Positions 29,779 through 39,111 of a stretch of DNA of 61,117 bases are shown here, in pieces. The notes under the pieces are model-generated. The model ran no database searches. It was not told the origin of the DNA and saw only the letters and a program-made list of their open reading frames with translations. The position numbers and the translations under genes were made by a program. Position 1 is the stretch's first letter, and each line of letters begins with the position of its first letter. Origin of the DNA: a virus. Its lineage: Duplodnaviria > Caudoviricetes. Where the stretch lies: positions 1-61,117 of IMG/VR virus record IMGVR_UViG_3300042465_003982, one strand, 5' to 3'.

Positions 29779-30141
29779 ATGATAAACAAAAAAATAATTG
29801 AATCAATTCTATCAGAAAACGCAATTAATGCTAAAAAGTTAATTGAAGAACAGTTGACTATTAAACTTGGCGAAAGACTTGCTGAAGAATATATCCGTAT
29901 TTCTAAAAAAACATTTAATGAAAAAAATGAAGAATATATGGATTCAGAAGACGATGAAGAATATATGGATTCAGAAGATGAAGATGAAGAAGATATGGAT
30001 TCAGAAGATGAAGAAGAAGACGAAGAGCCAATGACTGAATCTTCAAAATCTAAATTAGCAGCAATGTATCCCCCAGAAGATAAGATAACAAGAGGAGATA
30101 TTATCGCAGCTGCTCAAATGAAGAAGAAGAAGAAAAAATGA
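29779..30141 (+). CDS. acidic prohead core protein (gp67/gp68 position)
   Basis: Between gp20 and gp21; acidic tract; C-terminal KLAA.YPP.DKITRGD motif. Confidence 0.65.
   Translation: MINKKIIESILSENAINAKKLIEEQLTIKLGERLAEEYIRISKKTFNEKNEEYMDSEDDEEYMDSEDEDEEDMDSEDEEEDEEPMTESSKSKLAAMYPPEDKITRGDIIAAAQMKKKKKK
29929..30015 (+). repeat. three imperfect direct repeats encoding EE(Y/D)MDSED
   Basis: gaagaatatatggattcagaaga repeated. Confidence 0.8.
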
Positions 30142-30785
30142 AATTAATAACAGAAACAGTCGAAGAGATAAAATTTCTTACTGAAAAAACCGATAGCGGT
30201 GAAAAGCAATATTTCATCGAAGGTATTTTCATGCAAGCCGATCAAAAGAATAAGAATGGAAGAATTTATCCAAGAAATATTCTAATGAATGAAGCTCGTC
30301 GTTATGTTACTGAATATGTACATAAAAATCGTGCTTTAGGCGAACTAAATCATCCATCTGGACCATCAGTTAATTTGGATCGCGTATCACATAGAGTTAC
30401 TTGGCTTAATGAAAGCGGAAGTGACATTTATGGAAAAGCAAAAGTCCTTGATACCCCATGCGGACAAATTGTAAAAAATTTAATGAATGAAGGTGTTAAA
30501 CTAGGAGTATCGACTCGCGGCATGGGTTCTTTGGAGAAAAAAGGCGCAGTGAACTATGTAAAAGAAGATTTCATGCTTGCTGCCATCGATATTGTCGCAG
30601 ATCCATCTGCACCAAATGCTTTCGTTGATGGAATCATGGAAGGTAAGGAATGGGTTTGGGATAATGGTATCCTAAAAGAACAAGATATTGCTGGATATCA
30701 TCGAAGAATTTCAAGATCTTCCAAAAGAAAACTTCAAGAAGAATCTATAAAAGTATTTGCAGATTTTTTAAGAAAAATAAAATGA
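30138..30785 (+). CDS. 21: prohead protease gp21
   Basis: MKLITE, N.NGR.YP, ALGELNHP, GVSTRGMGSL, DIVADPSAP.AFV. Confidence 0.97.
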   Translation: MKLITETVEEIKFLTEKTDSGEKQYFIEGIFMQADQKNKNGRIYPRNILMNEARRYVTEYVHKNRALGELNHPSGPSVNLDRVSHRVTWLNESGSDIYGKAKVLDTPCGQIVKNLMNEGVKLGVSTRGMGSLEKKGAVNYVKEDFMLAAIDIVADPSAPNAFVDGIMEGKEWVWDNGILKEQDIAGYHRRISRSSKRKLQEESIKVFADFLRKIK

Positions 30786-31675
30786 AACGCCTAAATCCAA
30801 AAGAATTAAAATCTTTAAATGAATCTTGTTCAAATGTTGTAAACAATAAACAACAATTGGACGAATCTGCGTCACAGGCATTAGGGGCTATTCTTCGCGG
30901 TATTGGAAAAGGAATTAGAACAGTGGCAAGAACTACTACTTCATCAGGTAGACAAGCCAATAAAGATGCTTTAGGTAGAACAATTCAACGGTTTGGAGTG
31001 GGGGCAGAAGAAGCTGCTGCTAAAACTAAAGAATTTTTTACAGGTAGAAATTATTCATTAATGACAAGCACTGCTAGAGGACAAAGACAAGCAGCAGCAG
31101 CAGCAGAGCGATCAGCACAAGATGCAGCGAGGCAAAGAGTAATACCAGAATTTCAAAGAATTATTAATCAATATGGAAATAATCCAAATTCTCCTGCTTG
31201 GCTTGCTAATATGACACCTGGACAAAGATTACAGGTTCAAGGAGCATTTAAAGCAGCTAGAGGAGTACAACTTCCGAGTTCTGTTCCTGGAACTCCTCCT
31301 ATTGTAACCGGAAGAGATTGGGTTCAAGCAGAAAAGTTATTGCTTTCAACCCATCCGAGTGGTGGTGCTAAAGCATCTCAACAAGCTTTATCGCAAACCG
31401 CACAAAAAGCCGCTGGAAGTGGTGCAGGAACGGGAGGGGGTATGGGAACAGCTGCTGCTATTGGTGCATTAGGCGCGGGTACAGCAGCATGGGCTGCAAC
31501 AAAATTTTTAAGTGCAAGAAGCTCGTTGCCATCAACAACTGTTCAGCCTTTAGAACAAGGAGCATCGCAAGGGCTTTCAAATAGTTTAGGTATTCCAGAA
31601 TTAACAAGATCCCTTCAACAGGGGGTTGGCGGAAGCGCAAGGGAAGAACTGGAACTCCAAAGAAATAGAAAATAA
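30782..31675 (+). CDS. Ala/Gly-rich basic protein inserted between gp21 and gp22, probable internal head protein
   Basis: LNE/LDE putative gp21 sites near N-terminus; hydrophobic Gly/Ala segment. Confidence 0.55.
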   Translation: MKRLNPKELKSLNESCSNVVNNKQQLDESASQALGAILRGIGKGIRTVARTTTSSGRQANKDALGRTIQRFGVGAEEAAAKTKEFFTGRNYSLMTSTARGQRQAAAAAERSAQDAARQRVIPEFQRIINQYGNNPNSPAWLANMTPGQRLQVQGAFKAARGVQLPSSVPGTPPIVTGRDWVQAEKLLLSTHPSGGAKASQQALSQTAQKAAGSGAGTGGGMGTAAAIGALGAGTAAWAATKFLSARSSLPSTTVQPLEQGASQGLSNSLGIPELTRSLQQGVGGSAREELELQRNRK

Positions 31676-31679
31676 ATTT

Positions 31680-31687
31680 TATAAATA
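31680..31687 (+). promoter_or_regulatory. T4-type late promoter (gene 22)
   Basis: TATAAATA then GGAG RBS. Confidence 0.8.
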
Positions 31688-31701
31688 AAACGGAGAATAT
31701 A

Positions 31702-32697
31702 ATGTTACCACAAAATACACAATCGACTGAACCGGATATCCTTGGAGGTGGTGCGTTTGATACCACTGGCAGGGGAGTAGTTTTAAACAAGCCAGTAGGC
31801 GAATATTACGCACAAAATGCCGCCTCAATCAGGACACCACGAATGGGAGGACCAATGCAAATGCCAGGATCTCCTATGGGTACTGAAGATGGAATTGACC
31901 AAGAAGAACCAACAGATGATGAGTTACAGGCAGAATCAGAAGAATCTTTAAAGGAACATCTTGCTGCTTTATTTGCTAATTCAAATCTTTCAGAAGATTT
32001 TGTTGAAAGAGCAAAAACCATTTTTGTTGCTGCTGTAAATCAAAAACTAAACGAAAGATCTTACAAACTTCAGGAAGCATATCAGAACACATACTCAAAT
32101 GCACTATCCTCAACTGTGTCTGAATTGACTGAGAAGGTAGATGATTATTTAACCTATGTTGTTGAAGAATGGGTAAAAGAAAATCGCCTACAAGTCGAAA
32201 GAGGAGTTAAAGTTGAATTGGCAGAGAATTTTATTTTTGGCCTAAAGAAACTCTTTGAAACTAACTTCATTGATGTTCCTGATGAAAAATATGATGTTCT
32301 AGATGAACTTTATTCTGAAATTGATAACCAGAAAAGACATCTAAACAAGAGCATTCATGAAAATGTTTCTCTTCGCAAGAAACTTTTAGATACTGCTGCT
32401 ATAGCAGTCTTTGCGGAAGAAACTGCTGGTTTAGCTTCAACCCAGATAGATAAATTGGCTAATCTAGCAGAAGGAGTTGAATTTGATAATGCAAATGAAT
32501 TCCGTAGAAAACTAAGAGTTATCAAGGAAAGCTTCTTTGCTCGTCCAGTTCAATATGTCCCACAACCATTACCAAGAATACAATCAGTAAATCGCGCTAT
32601 TGATATACTTGAAACATCATCAGTACCCGAAACATTAACTGAAAGTACTGTTAATGCTTATGCAAATGCGATTAGTAGACACCTTAAGAACAGATAA
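31702..32697 (+). CDS. 22: prohead scaffold gp22
   Basis: LSEDF..RA.TIF.AAV, VDDYL.YVVEEW..EN, GLK.LF....IDVP. Confidence 0.93.
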   Translation: MLPQNTQSTEPDILGGGAFDTTGRGVVLNKPVGEYYAQNAASIRTPRMGGPMQMPGSPMGTEDGIDQEEPTDDELQAESEESLKEHLAALFANSNLSEDFVERAKTIFVAAVNQKLNERSYKLQEAYQNTYSNALSSTVSELTEKVDDYLTYVVEEWVKENRLQVERGVKVELAENFIFGLKKLFETNFIDVPDEKYDVLDELYSEIDNQKRHLNKSIHENVSLRKKLLDTAAIAVFAEETAGLASTQIDKLANLAEGVEFDNANEFRRKLRVIKESFFARPVQYVPQPLPRIQSVNRAIDILETSSVPETLTESTVNAYANAISRHLKNR

Positions 32698-32699
32698 AT

Positions 32700-32707
32700 T
32701 ATAAATA
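32700..32707 (+). promoter_or_regulatory. T4-type late promoter (gene 23)
   Basis: TATAAATA then AGGAG RBS. Confidence 0.82.
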
Positions 32708-32726
32708 AAAATACACAGGAGATAAC

Positions 32727-34121
32727 ATGTTCGAAGATACAACACCATACGATATTTTAACTGAGAAGTGGGAGCCAGTTTTAAGCCACCGCGCACTCCC
32801 TGCAATTGAAGATAGCTACAAATCTAAAGTAACCGCAGTTCTTCTTGAGAATCAAGAGTCTGCAATGCGTCAGCAAAGACTTGTTGAAGACAACACCCTA
32901 GGTGGACCAATCAGCAATGTTTTTGGTGGGGCATCAACTAACATCGCTGGTTATGATCCAATCCTAATCAGCCTTGTTCGTCGTGCAATGCCAAACCTCA
33001 TTGCTTATGACATCTGCGGCGTTCAGCCCATGACCGCTCCAACCGGACTCATCTTCGCAATGCGTCCCAAGTACGATACCGCCCCCCGTAAGGAAGCCAT
33101 GTATCAGGAACCATTTGTTCCATTCGGTGGTTCAGGTGGCACTTTAAGCGGATATCAGGGCTACTTTGGAGGTTCTGCTGATTACGGTCTAACTCTCTTT
33201 GCAGGTGTTAGCAGCGGTACTAGAAACTCATCTAGCTTCTTTGGAGATAACTTCAAGGGCATGTTAGTAGGTGAAGCTGAATCGCTCGGAGGTGCTGGTG
33301 CAAAGCAGTTCGGTGAAATGGCCTTCACTATTGACAAGGTTGCTGTTCAGGCTAAGACACGCGCTCTAAAGGCCGATTACACGACTGAACTTGCTCAAGA
33401 CCTCAAGGCTGTTCACGGACTTGATGCTGAAACCGAACTTGCTAACATTCTCAGCACTGAAATTCTTGCTGAAATTAATCGAGAAGTTGTTCGTGGTATC
33501 TACCATGTCTCTAAACTAGGAGCACAGCAGACTGATCTATTGGGCAATGGACAGGGTGGAGGGGCATATGACCTTCTATCTGACTCTGATGGTCGTTGGT
33601 CAGCTGAACGCTTCCGTGGCCTCATGTTCCAGATCGAACGCGAAGCTAATGCAATCGCCAAGGAAACTCGTCGCGGTAAGGGTAACTTCATCATCTGCTC
33701 ATCAGATGTTGCTTCAGCCCTCGCAATGGGTGGATTCCTTAACATTAGCCCAGCTCTAAACACTCAACTTGAAGTCGATGATACTGGCAATACCTTTGCT
33801 GGCGTACTCAACGGAAAGATGCGCGTTTATATCGATCCCTATGTTCAGTCTGGTGTAGACTTTGTTTGCGTAGGATATCGTGGTTCAAGCCCATACGATG
33901 CTGGCTTGTTCTACTGCCCCTATGTCCCTCTCCAGATGGTCCGTGCAGTCGATCCCGACACATTCCAGCCCAAGATTGGATTCAAGACCCGCTACGGCAT
34001 GGTTGCTAATCCATTCGTACTCAATGGTTCTGGTACTTCAGATGGAGAAGCTTTAAGTGCAAATCTTAACCAATACTATCGTATTTTCCGCGTACTAAAT
34101 CTACACGGTAACACTAACTGA
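32727..34121 (+). CDS. 23: major capsid protein gp23
   Basis: LVRRAMPNLIAYDICGVQPMT.PTGLIFAMR, ELAQDLKAVHGLDAE, FQPKIGFKTRYG. Confidence 0.99.
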   Translation: MFEDTTPYDILTEKWEPVLSHRALPAIEDSYKSKVTAVLLENQESAMRQQRLVEDNTLGGPISNVFGGASTNIAGYDPILISLVRRAMPNLIAYDICGVQPMTAPTGLIFAMRPKYDTAPRKEAMYQEPFVPFGGSGGTLSGYQGYFGGSADYGLTLFAGVSSGTRNSSSFFGDNFKGMLVGEAESLGGAGAKQFGEMAFTIDKVAVQAKTRALKADYTTELAQDLKAVHGLDAETELANILSTEILAEINREVVRGIYHVSKLGAQQTDLLGNGQGGGAYDLLSDSDGRWSAERFRGLMFQIEREANAIAKETRRGKGNFIICSSDVASALAMGGFLNISPALNTQLEVDDTGNTFAGVLNGKMRVYIDPYVQSGVDFVCVGYRGSSPYDAGLFYCPYVPLQMVRAVDPDTFQPKIGFKTRYGMVANPFVLNGSGTSDGEALSANLNQYYRIFRVLNLHGNTN

Positions 34122-34145
34122 TAGTTAATATCAAACACTTCGGAA

Positions 34146-34178
34146 GCGGGAGCCAGAAATGGCTCCCGTTTTCTTTTC
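34146..34178 (+). terminator. Rho-independent terminator after gene 23
   Basis: CGGGAGCCA-gaaa-TGGCTCCCG plus T-rich tail. Confidence 0.85.
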
Positions 34179-34188
34179 TAAATACTAT

Positions 34189-34695
34189 ATGGCAAATAAT
34201 CAAATAAATCCATTAGCAGTAAATTATTTTCATTTTGAAATAGAAAGACTGCCAGGTGTGGTATTTAATTGCACTGAAGCAAATTTACCTAGTTTGTCTA
34301 TGGCCGCAAATGAACAACCCACAACTTTAGGTGTTCCAATAAAAAGACCAAGTAGCAAATATACTTTTGATGATTTTCTTATAAGTTTTATAGTTGATGA
34401 AAATTTAACAAATTGGCTTGAAATTTATAGATGGATGAGAGCACTTGGAAATATTGATGACGATTGTACTTTTAATACATTACCATTTAATCAATGGATG
34501 ACAACAGCAATTTTATATTTGACTAAAAGTACATATAAAGATAATAGAAAAGTTATATTTCAAAATGTATTCCCTGTAGCTTTAACGGGTCTTAAATTTT
34601 CATCAGTTGCACAATCATATTCTCCGCAATATGCAACTGCTAGATTTTCTTATACTTATTATAGATTTGATCCAGATCCTGGCAATCCAAGTTGA
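34189..34695 (+). CDS. 3: tail completion protein gp3
   Basis: N.L....F.F.I..LP.V.F....ANLP, F.VDENL.NW.EI..WM, FP..L.GL.F. Confidence 0.85.
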   Translation: MANNQINPLAVNYFHFEIERLPGVVFNCTEANLPSLSMAANEQPTTLGVPIKRPSSKYTFDDFLISFIVDENLTNWLEIYRWMRALGNIDDDCTFNTLPFNQWMTTAILYLTKSTYKDNRKVIFQNVFPVALTGLKFSSVAQSYSPQYATARFSYTYYRFDPDPGNPS

Positions 34696-34718
34696 CTTTA
34701 TTTACTATTGTGTATACT
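34692..34718 (+). promoter_or_regulatory. sigma70-type promoter, leaderless uvsY
   Basis: TTGACT-N15-TATACT, ATG 6 nt downstream. Confidence 0.6.
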
Positions 34719-34724
34719 TAAATT

Positions 34725-35159
34725 ATGAATTTTGATGAATTAAAACAACAAGTACAAGAAGATCTCAAGATAGATTCCACAGAACTTGCCATTGAATCTG
34801 TAAACACTCCACAGATCCATAACAAGTATCTACTCTTCCTTAAGAAGCACAAGGAAGCCCTTGCGGAGGACGAGAGAACCCTTCGTGTGATGAAGAAGTA
34901 CAAATGGCTCTATTATACAGGAAAGCTCTCTAAAGAGGAGCTAGACCAATTTAAGTGGGAGCCATTTGACCTAAATATTCTGAAAACAGATGTTGATAAG
35001 TTTATTGACGCAGATGATGATGTTATCAAACTTGAGCGTCAGATCACAGAAAAAAAAGAATTAGTTAGTTACTTGGACGGAGTAGTAAAAATAGTCGCAA
35101 ATAGACAATGGAATATTCGTTCAGCGATTGAGTGGATCAAGTTTAGTCATGGCCAATGA
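34725..35159 (+). CDS. uvsY: recombination mediator UvsY
   Basis: D..ID..EL..ES...P..H.KY, YY.GK, R.WNI..AIEW.KF. Confidence 0.93.
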   Translation: MNFDELKQQVQEDLKIDSTELAIESVNTPQIHNKYLLFLKKHKEALAEDERTLRVMKKYKWLYYTGKLSKEELDQFKWEPFDLNILKTDVDKFIDADDDVIKLERQITEKKELVSYLDGVVKIVANRQWNIRSAIEWIKFSHGQ

Positions 35160-36621
35160 AGAAGTAAAAATAGAAAAAATAGATGGTACATTCATCAAAG
35201 TTCATTGCGAAAATTCAGTAGCAAAAGAGCTATCAGATTACTTCACATTCAAAGTTCCTAATTCGCAATATTCCCCAGCATTCAAGCGTAGAATATGGGA
35301 TGGTCAAATTCGCCTATTTAATTACTTCACTCGCAAGATCTATACTGGCCTGAGAAACAAAATTGTTCAGTTTTGTCTTGACAGACATTATGATTGCAAG
35401 TTTGAAAACTTTAAGGAAGAATTTTTTGAAGATTATAAGTCTTTTATTGATGCTCTACCTCTATACTCAGATTCTGGCCAAATCAAGCTCAGAGACTATC
35501 AGCAGAGGGCGGTGGAGATGGCTCTTGATCATAAGCGTAGCCTACTGATATCTCCAACTGGTAGCGGCAAGTCTCTTATCATCTACACGATACTAAGATA
35601 TCTTCTAAGCAAGAATAAGAAGATTCTTGTCCTTGTTCCTACCACAAGTCTAGTTCACCAGATGCGTTCAGACTTTATTGAATACTCTGGCAAAGACTGG
35701 AATGCAGATAAGAATATTCATATCATCTATGCTGGTAAAGACAAGGAAACGACAAAGCCCATAGCAATATCCACATGGCAAAGTGTTTATGATCTTCCAG
35801 AAAAATTCTTTGCCGAATATGATGCTGTTATTGGCGATGAATGTCATCTATTCAAGGCTAAGTCACTTGTTCGCCTAATGAATAAGCTCAGAAACTGTCA
35901 TGTTCGTATTGGCACTACAGGAACGCTTGATAACATCCAGGTACATAAACTAGTTCTTGAAGGTCTATTTGGTCCACCGATTCGTGTTACAAGCACAAAA
36001 GATCTAATCGATAATAAAGTGCTTTCTAATCTTGATATCAATTGCATTCAATTGAAGTACGCAAAAGAAGAATGCGATACGATGAAAAGAAAAACATATC
36101 AAGAAGAAATAGATTACATTATATCACATGAGAGAAGAAATAAAGTTGCAGAAAAACTTTGCGCTTCTCTCAAAGGAAATACTTTAGTTCTATTCTCGCA
36201 AGTTCAGAAGCACGGTCTTCCATTCTTCGAATCGATACAAAAAACTTGCACAGATAAGAAATGTTACTTTATTTCTGGAATGACTGATGCCGAAGACAGA
36301 GAAGAGATTCGTAAAATTGTGGATAAGTCAGAAAATTCTATTCTTGTTGCTTCTTATGGAACTTGCAGCACTGGCATAAATATCAAGAATATTCACAACA
36401 TTATATTTCTTCATCCGTCAAAATCAGTTGTGCGTGTTCTTCAGTCTATCGGTCGTGGTTTAAGAATGTCAGAAACAAAAGATCGTGTAATGGTCTTTGA
36501 TTTGGTTGATGATTTGAGGCATAAGAAATATAAAAATCATGCATTCAATCATTTTCTTGAACGAATAAAAATTTACGAAAGCGAATCTTTTTCTTTTAAT
36601 TTGGTCCCCATAGATCTTTGA
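35149..36621 (+). CDS. uvsW: SF2 helicase UvsW
   Basis: WDGQIRLF, SPTGSGKS, DECH, TGTL, QSIGRGLR. Confidence 0.96.
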   Translation: MANEEVKIEKIDGTFIKVHCENSVAKELSDYFTFKVPNSQYSPAFKRRIWDGQIRLFNYFTRKIYTGLRNKIVQFCLDRHYDCKFENFKEEFFEDYKSFIDALPLYSDSGQIKLRDYQQRAVEMALDHKRSLLISPTGSGKSLIIYTILRYLLSKNKKILVLVPTTSLVHQMRSDFIEYSGKDWNADKNIHIIYAGKDKETTKPIAISTWQSVYDLPEKFFAEYDAVIGDECHLFKAKSLVRLMNKLRNCHVRIGTTGTLDNIQVHKLVLEGLFGPPIRVTSTKDLIDNKVLSNLDINCIQLKYAKEECDTMKRKTYQEEIDYIISHERRNKVAEKLCASLKGNTLVLFSQVQKHGLPFFESIQKTCTDKKCYFISGMTDAEDREEIRKIVDKSENSILVASYGTCSTGINIKNIHNIIFLHPSKSVVRVLQSIGRGLRMSETKDRVMVFDLVDDLRHKKYKNHAFNHFLERIKIYESESFSFNLVPIDL

Positions 36622-36637
36622 GGAGATAAATAGTCAT

Positions 36638-37357
36638 ATGGAAACTACTTGCAGATTGTTTAAGCTGAGAAGTGGTGAAGAAGTTCTCGGATTATTATCT
36701 GGGGAGAATGATTCTACTATTAGCATCTTAAGACCAATGGTTATTAAGACGCATATATCTCCAGACTCATTTGGAGTAACTAGAGAGATAACACTTTTAA
36801 GAAATTGGCTTGAGTTTACAGATCAAACACATATTGATCTTCCAAGAGATCATATCGCTTCTGTGTTAATGCCATCTGAAAGTACAGTTATTTTATATCA
36901 AAAGTCTTTAAAGACTGAAGAAAACTACAAAGAATCTATTAAGAAAGCAGAAGAAAAAACAAAAGAGATAATGGAAAATCCAGAAGGATTGCAGGATATG
37001 CTGAATTCATTATTTGATGATATAATTGAAGGTGATATTCAAACAGCAGAACCAAAAAATCCTTTAGCAAAGCCACCATCAATGCCATTTCCTTTTATGA
37101 ATACAAATACAAATGTAGGAATGTTCTTTTCGATTCCTCCAGATGTATTTCAGGACATGATCGAAAATGGTCTTTTAGATTTTGATATGTTTGGTTCTTT
37201 ACGAGATGATGAGGAAGAAGATCTTTTGATTCCAGAAATGGAATTCCTCACAGATAAAGAAAAAGAAAAGATGAAGAGAAAGGGAATTAATTTAGAAGAC
37301 TTCCCTGATGACCCTCGTAAGTATATCGATGATATATCTGATGATACTAAAGAGTAA
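36638..37357 (+). CDS. hypothetical protein with Sm-like N-terminus, acidic C-terminus
   Basis: LFKL.SGEEV; usual position between uvsW and gp55. Confidence 0.6.
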   Translation: METTCRLFKLRSGEEVLGLLSGENDSTISILRPMVIKTHISPDSFGVTREITLLRNWLEFTDQTHIDLPRDHIASVLMPSESTVILYQKSLKTEENYKESIKKAEEKTKEIMENPEGLQDMLNSLFDDIIEGDIQTAEPKNPLAKPPSMPFPFMNTNTNVGMFFSIPPDVFQDMIENGLLDFDMFGSLRDDEEEDLLIPEMEFLTDKEKEKMKRKGINLEDFPDDPRKYIDDISDDTKE

Positions 37358-37399
37358 CTAATTAGTTATAAATTCCCTTGTTGATCGCCTACACAGCGA

Positions 37400-37428
37400 A
37401 GTGTATCGATAAACCACAATTTTGTCAA
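37400..37428 (-). promoter_or_regulatory. antisense sigma70-type promoter
   Basis: Minus strand TTGACA(37428-37423)-N17-TACACT(37405-37400). Confidence 0.5.
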
Positions 37429-37456
37429 TTGATTTTTTCTGGAATTATGATATTAT
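37429..37456 (+). promoter_or_regulatory. sigma70-type promoter, leaderless gene 55
   Basis: TTGATT-N16-TATTAT with TGn extension; ATG 6 nt downstream. Confidence 0.55.
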
Positions 37457-37462
37457 TTGGCA

Positions 37463-38062
37463 ATGAGAAAAAAGAAAAAAATAGAAGAATCTGATGACAT
37501 AATAGAGCCAGATTTAATACCCATAATAGAGGAAGAGGAAGAAACATCCCACTATGTTGATAATAAAGAATTTTTGGCTGAGATGATAAAATGGAAAAAG
37601 CGATATAATGCAGCCGAAGAATCTGGAAGAAAAAAACCTCCTATTTCAAATTACATAGCAGAAGCTTTTTTAAAAATAGCAGAGCATCTTTCGTATAGAC
37701 CAAATTTCATGAACTATCCCTACAGGGAAGAGATGGTTGGTGATGGGGTAGAAAATTGCTTGATGTATGCTCATAATTTTGATCCAAACAAATCAAAAAA
37801 TCCCTTTTCTTATTTTACCCAAATCATATATTTTGCATTTTTAAGACGCATAGAAAAAGAAAAGAAGCAGTCTTATATCAAGTATAAGATAATGGAAGAT
37901 AATGCCGATGAAAAATTTCATCGATGGTTTAAAGAAAATTATTTTGCAAAAGATAGTTCAGCTAGCTTCAGAGAAATTTTTAGTCTTTCAGAAAATGATG
38001 TAAATAAATTTGAAGACACAAAAGTTAAAAAGAAGAAAAAGAAAATAAAAAATCGCAAATGA
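37463..38062 (+). CDS. 55: late sigma factor gp55
   Basis: HYVDNKEF, FLKIAEHLS.RPNF.NY, NFDP.KS.NPFSYFTQI.YFAFLRRI.KEK. Confidence 0.97.
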   Translation: MRKKKKIEESDDIIEPDLIPIIEEEEETSHYVDNKEFLAEMIKWKKRYNAAEESGRKKPPISNYIAEAFLKIAEHLSYRPNFMNYPYREEMVGDGVENCLMYAHNFDPNKSKNPFSYFTQIIYFAFLRRIEKEKKQSYIKYKIMEDNADEKFHRWFKENYFAKDSSASFREIFSLSENDVNKFEDTKVKKKKKKIKNRK

Positions 38063-39111
38063 AAATTGCAATAATTAACGATACTCATTTTGGCGCAAAG
38101 AATGATTCTCCAGTTCTTTTAGAACATTTTATTCAGTTCTTTGAAAAACAGTTTTTTCCATATTGTGTAAAACATAATATTGAGCATGTGATCCATCTTG
38201 GAGATTTCTTTGATCGTCGTAAGTATGTTAATTTTAATACTCTGAATCAAGTCCGTACTCGCGTTATTGAACCTATGGAAAAAATGGGCATGTCGATGCA
38301 AATAATTATCGGCAACCACGATACCTATTTTAGGAATACAAATAAAACTAATTCTCCACAAGAACTTCTTGAAAAGTATTTTCATATTGAAGTGGTGAAT
38401 GAACCAAAGGAACTTATATACCCAGATGTTTCTATTGGTGCTGTTCCCTGGATGTGTGAAGATAATATGGATGCCTGTGTTGAGTTTATAAAAAACACAA
38501 AGGCCCATATTCTATTAGGCCACTTTGAGATTGTTGGATTTGAAGTTCTTCGTGGGGTATATCACGATACTGGACTTCAGAGAGAAATGTTCGATAAGTT
38601 TGAAACTGTTATGTCTGGGCATTTCCATCTAAAATCAAGACATAAGAATATCGAATATCTTGGTACTCAGTATCAAATGGGATTTACAGATGTCAATGAA
38701 CGAAAAGGATTTCATGTCTTTGATACTAAGACTAGAGATCTAGAATTTATCCAGAACACAGAAGAGCTGTTTCATAGAATCGTTTATGACGATTCTCTAT
38801 CTGATGAACTTGAGAAGCTTGACTTTCCTAGTTTCAAGGATAAGTATGTACGGCTGATTGTCCAGAGAAGAAACAAGCCAGTCTTTTACGAAAAGTTCAT
38901 GACAAAACTGAATGAAGCCAAACCATATGATGTAACTGTAGTGGATGAAGAAATTGAAATAAATTATTCGTCTATTGATATTGATATGAATATGGATACA
39001 ATAACGATGATCTGTAAAGAGATAGACGAACTATCTGAGATTACTAACAAAGACGATATCAAGAGCATCATTAAAGATCTTTATCAAGAATCCCTTACTA
39101 TAGATGATTAA
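38059..39111 (+). CDS. 47: recombination nuclease gp47 (Mre11/SbcD-like)
   Basis: DTHFG, LGD.FDRRK, GNHD, SGHFH. Confidence 0.96.
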   Translation: MKIAIINDTHFGAKNDSPVLLEHFIQFFEKQFFPYCVKHNIEHVIHLGDFFDRRKYVNFNTLNQVRTRVIEPMEKMGMSMQIIIGNHDTYFRNTNKTNSPQELLEKYFHIEVVNEPKELIYPDVSIGAVPWMCEDNMDACVEFIKNTKAHILLGHFEIVGFEVLRGVYHDTGLQREMFDKFETVMSGHFHLKSRHKNIEYLGTQYQMGFTDVNERKGFHVFDTKTRDLEFIQNTEELFHRIVYDDSLSDELEKLDFPSFKDKYVRLIVQRRNKPVFYEKFMTKLNEAKPYDVTVVDEEIEINYSSIDIDMNMDTITMICKEIDELSEITNKDDIKSIIKDLYQESLTIDD

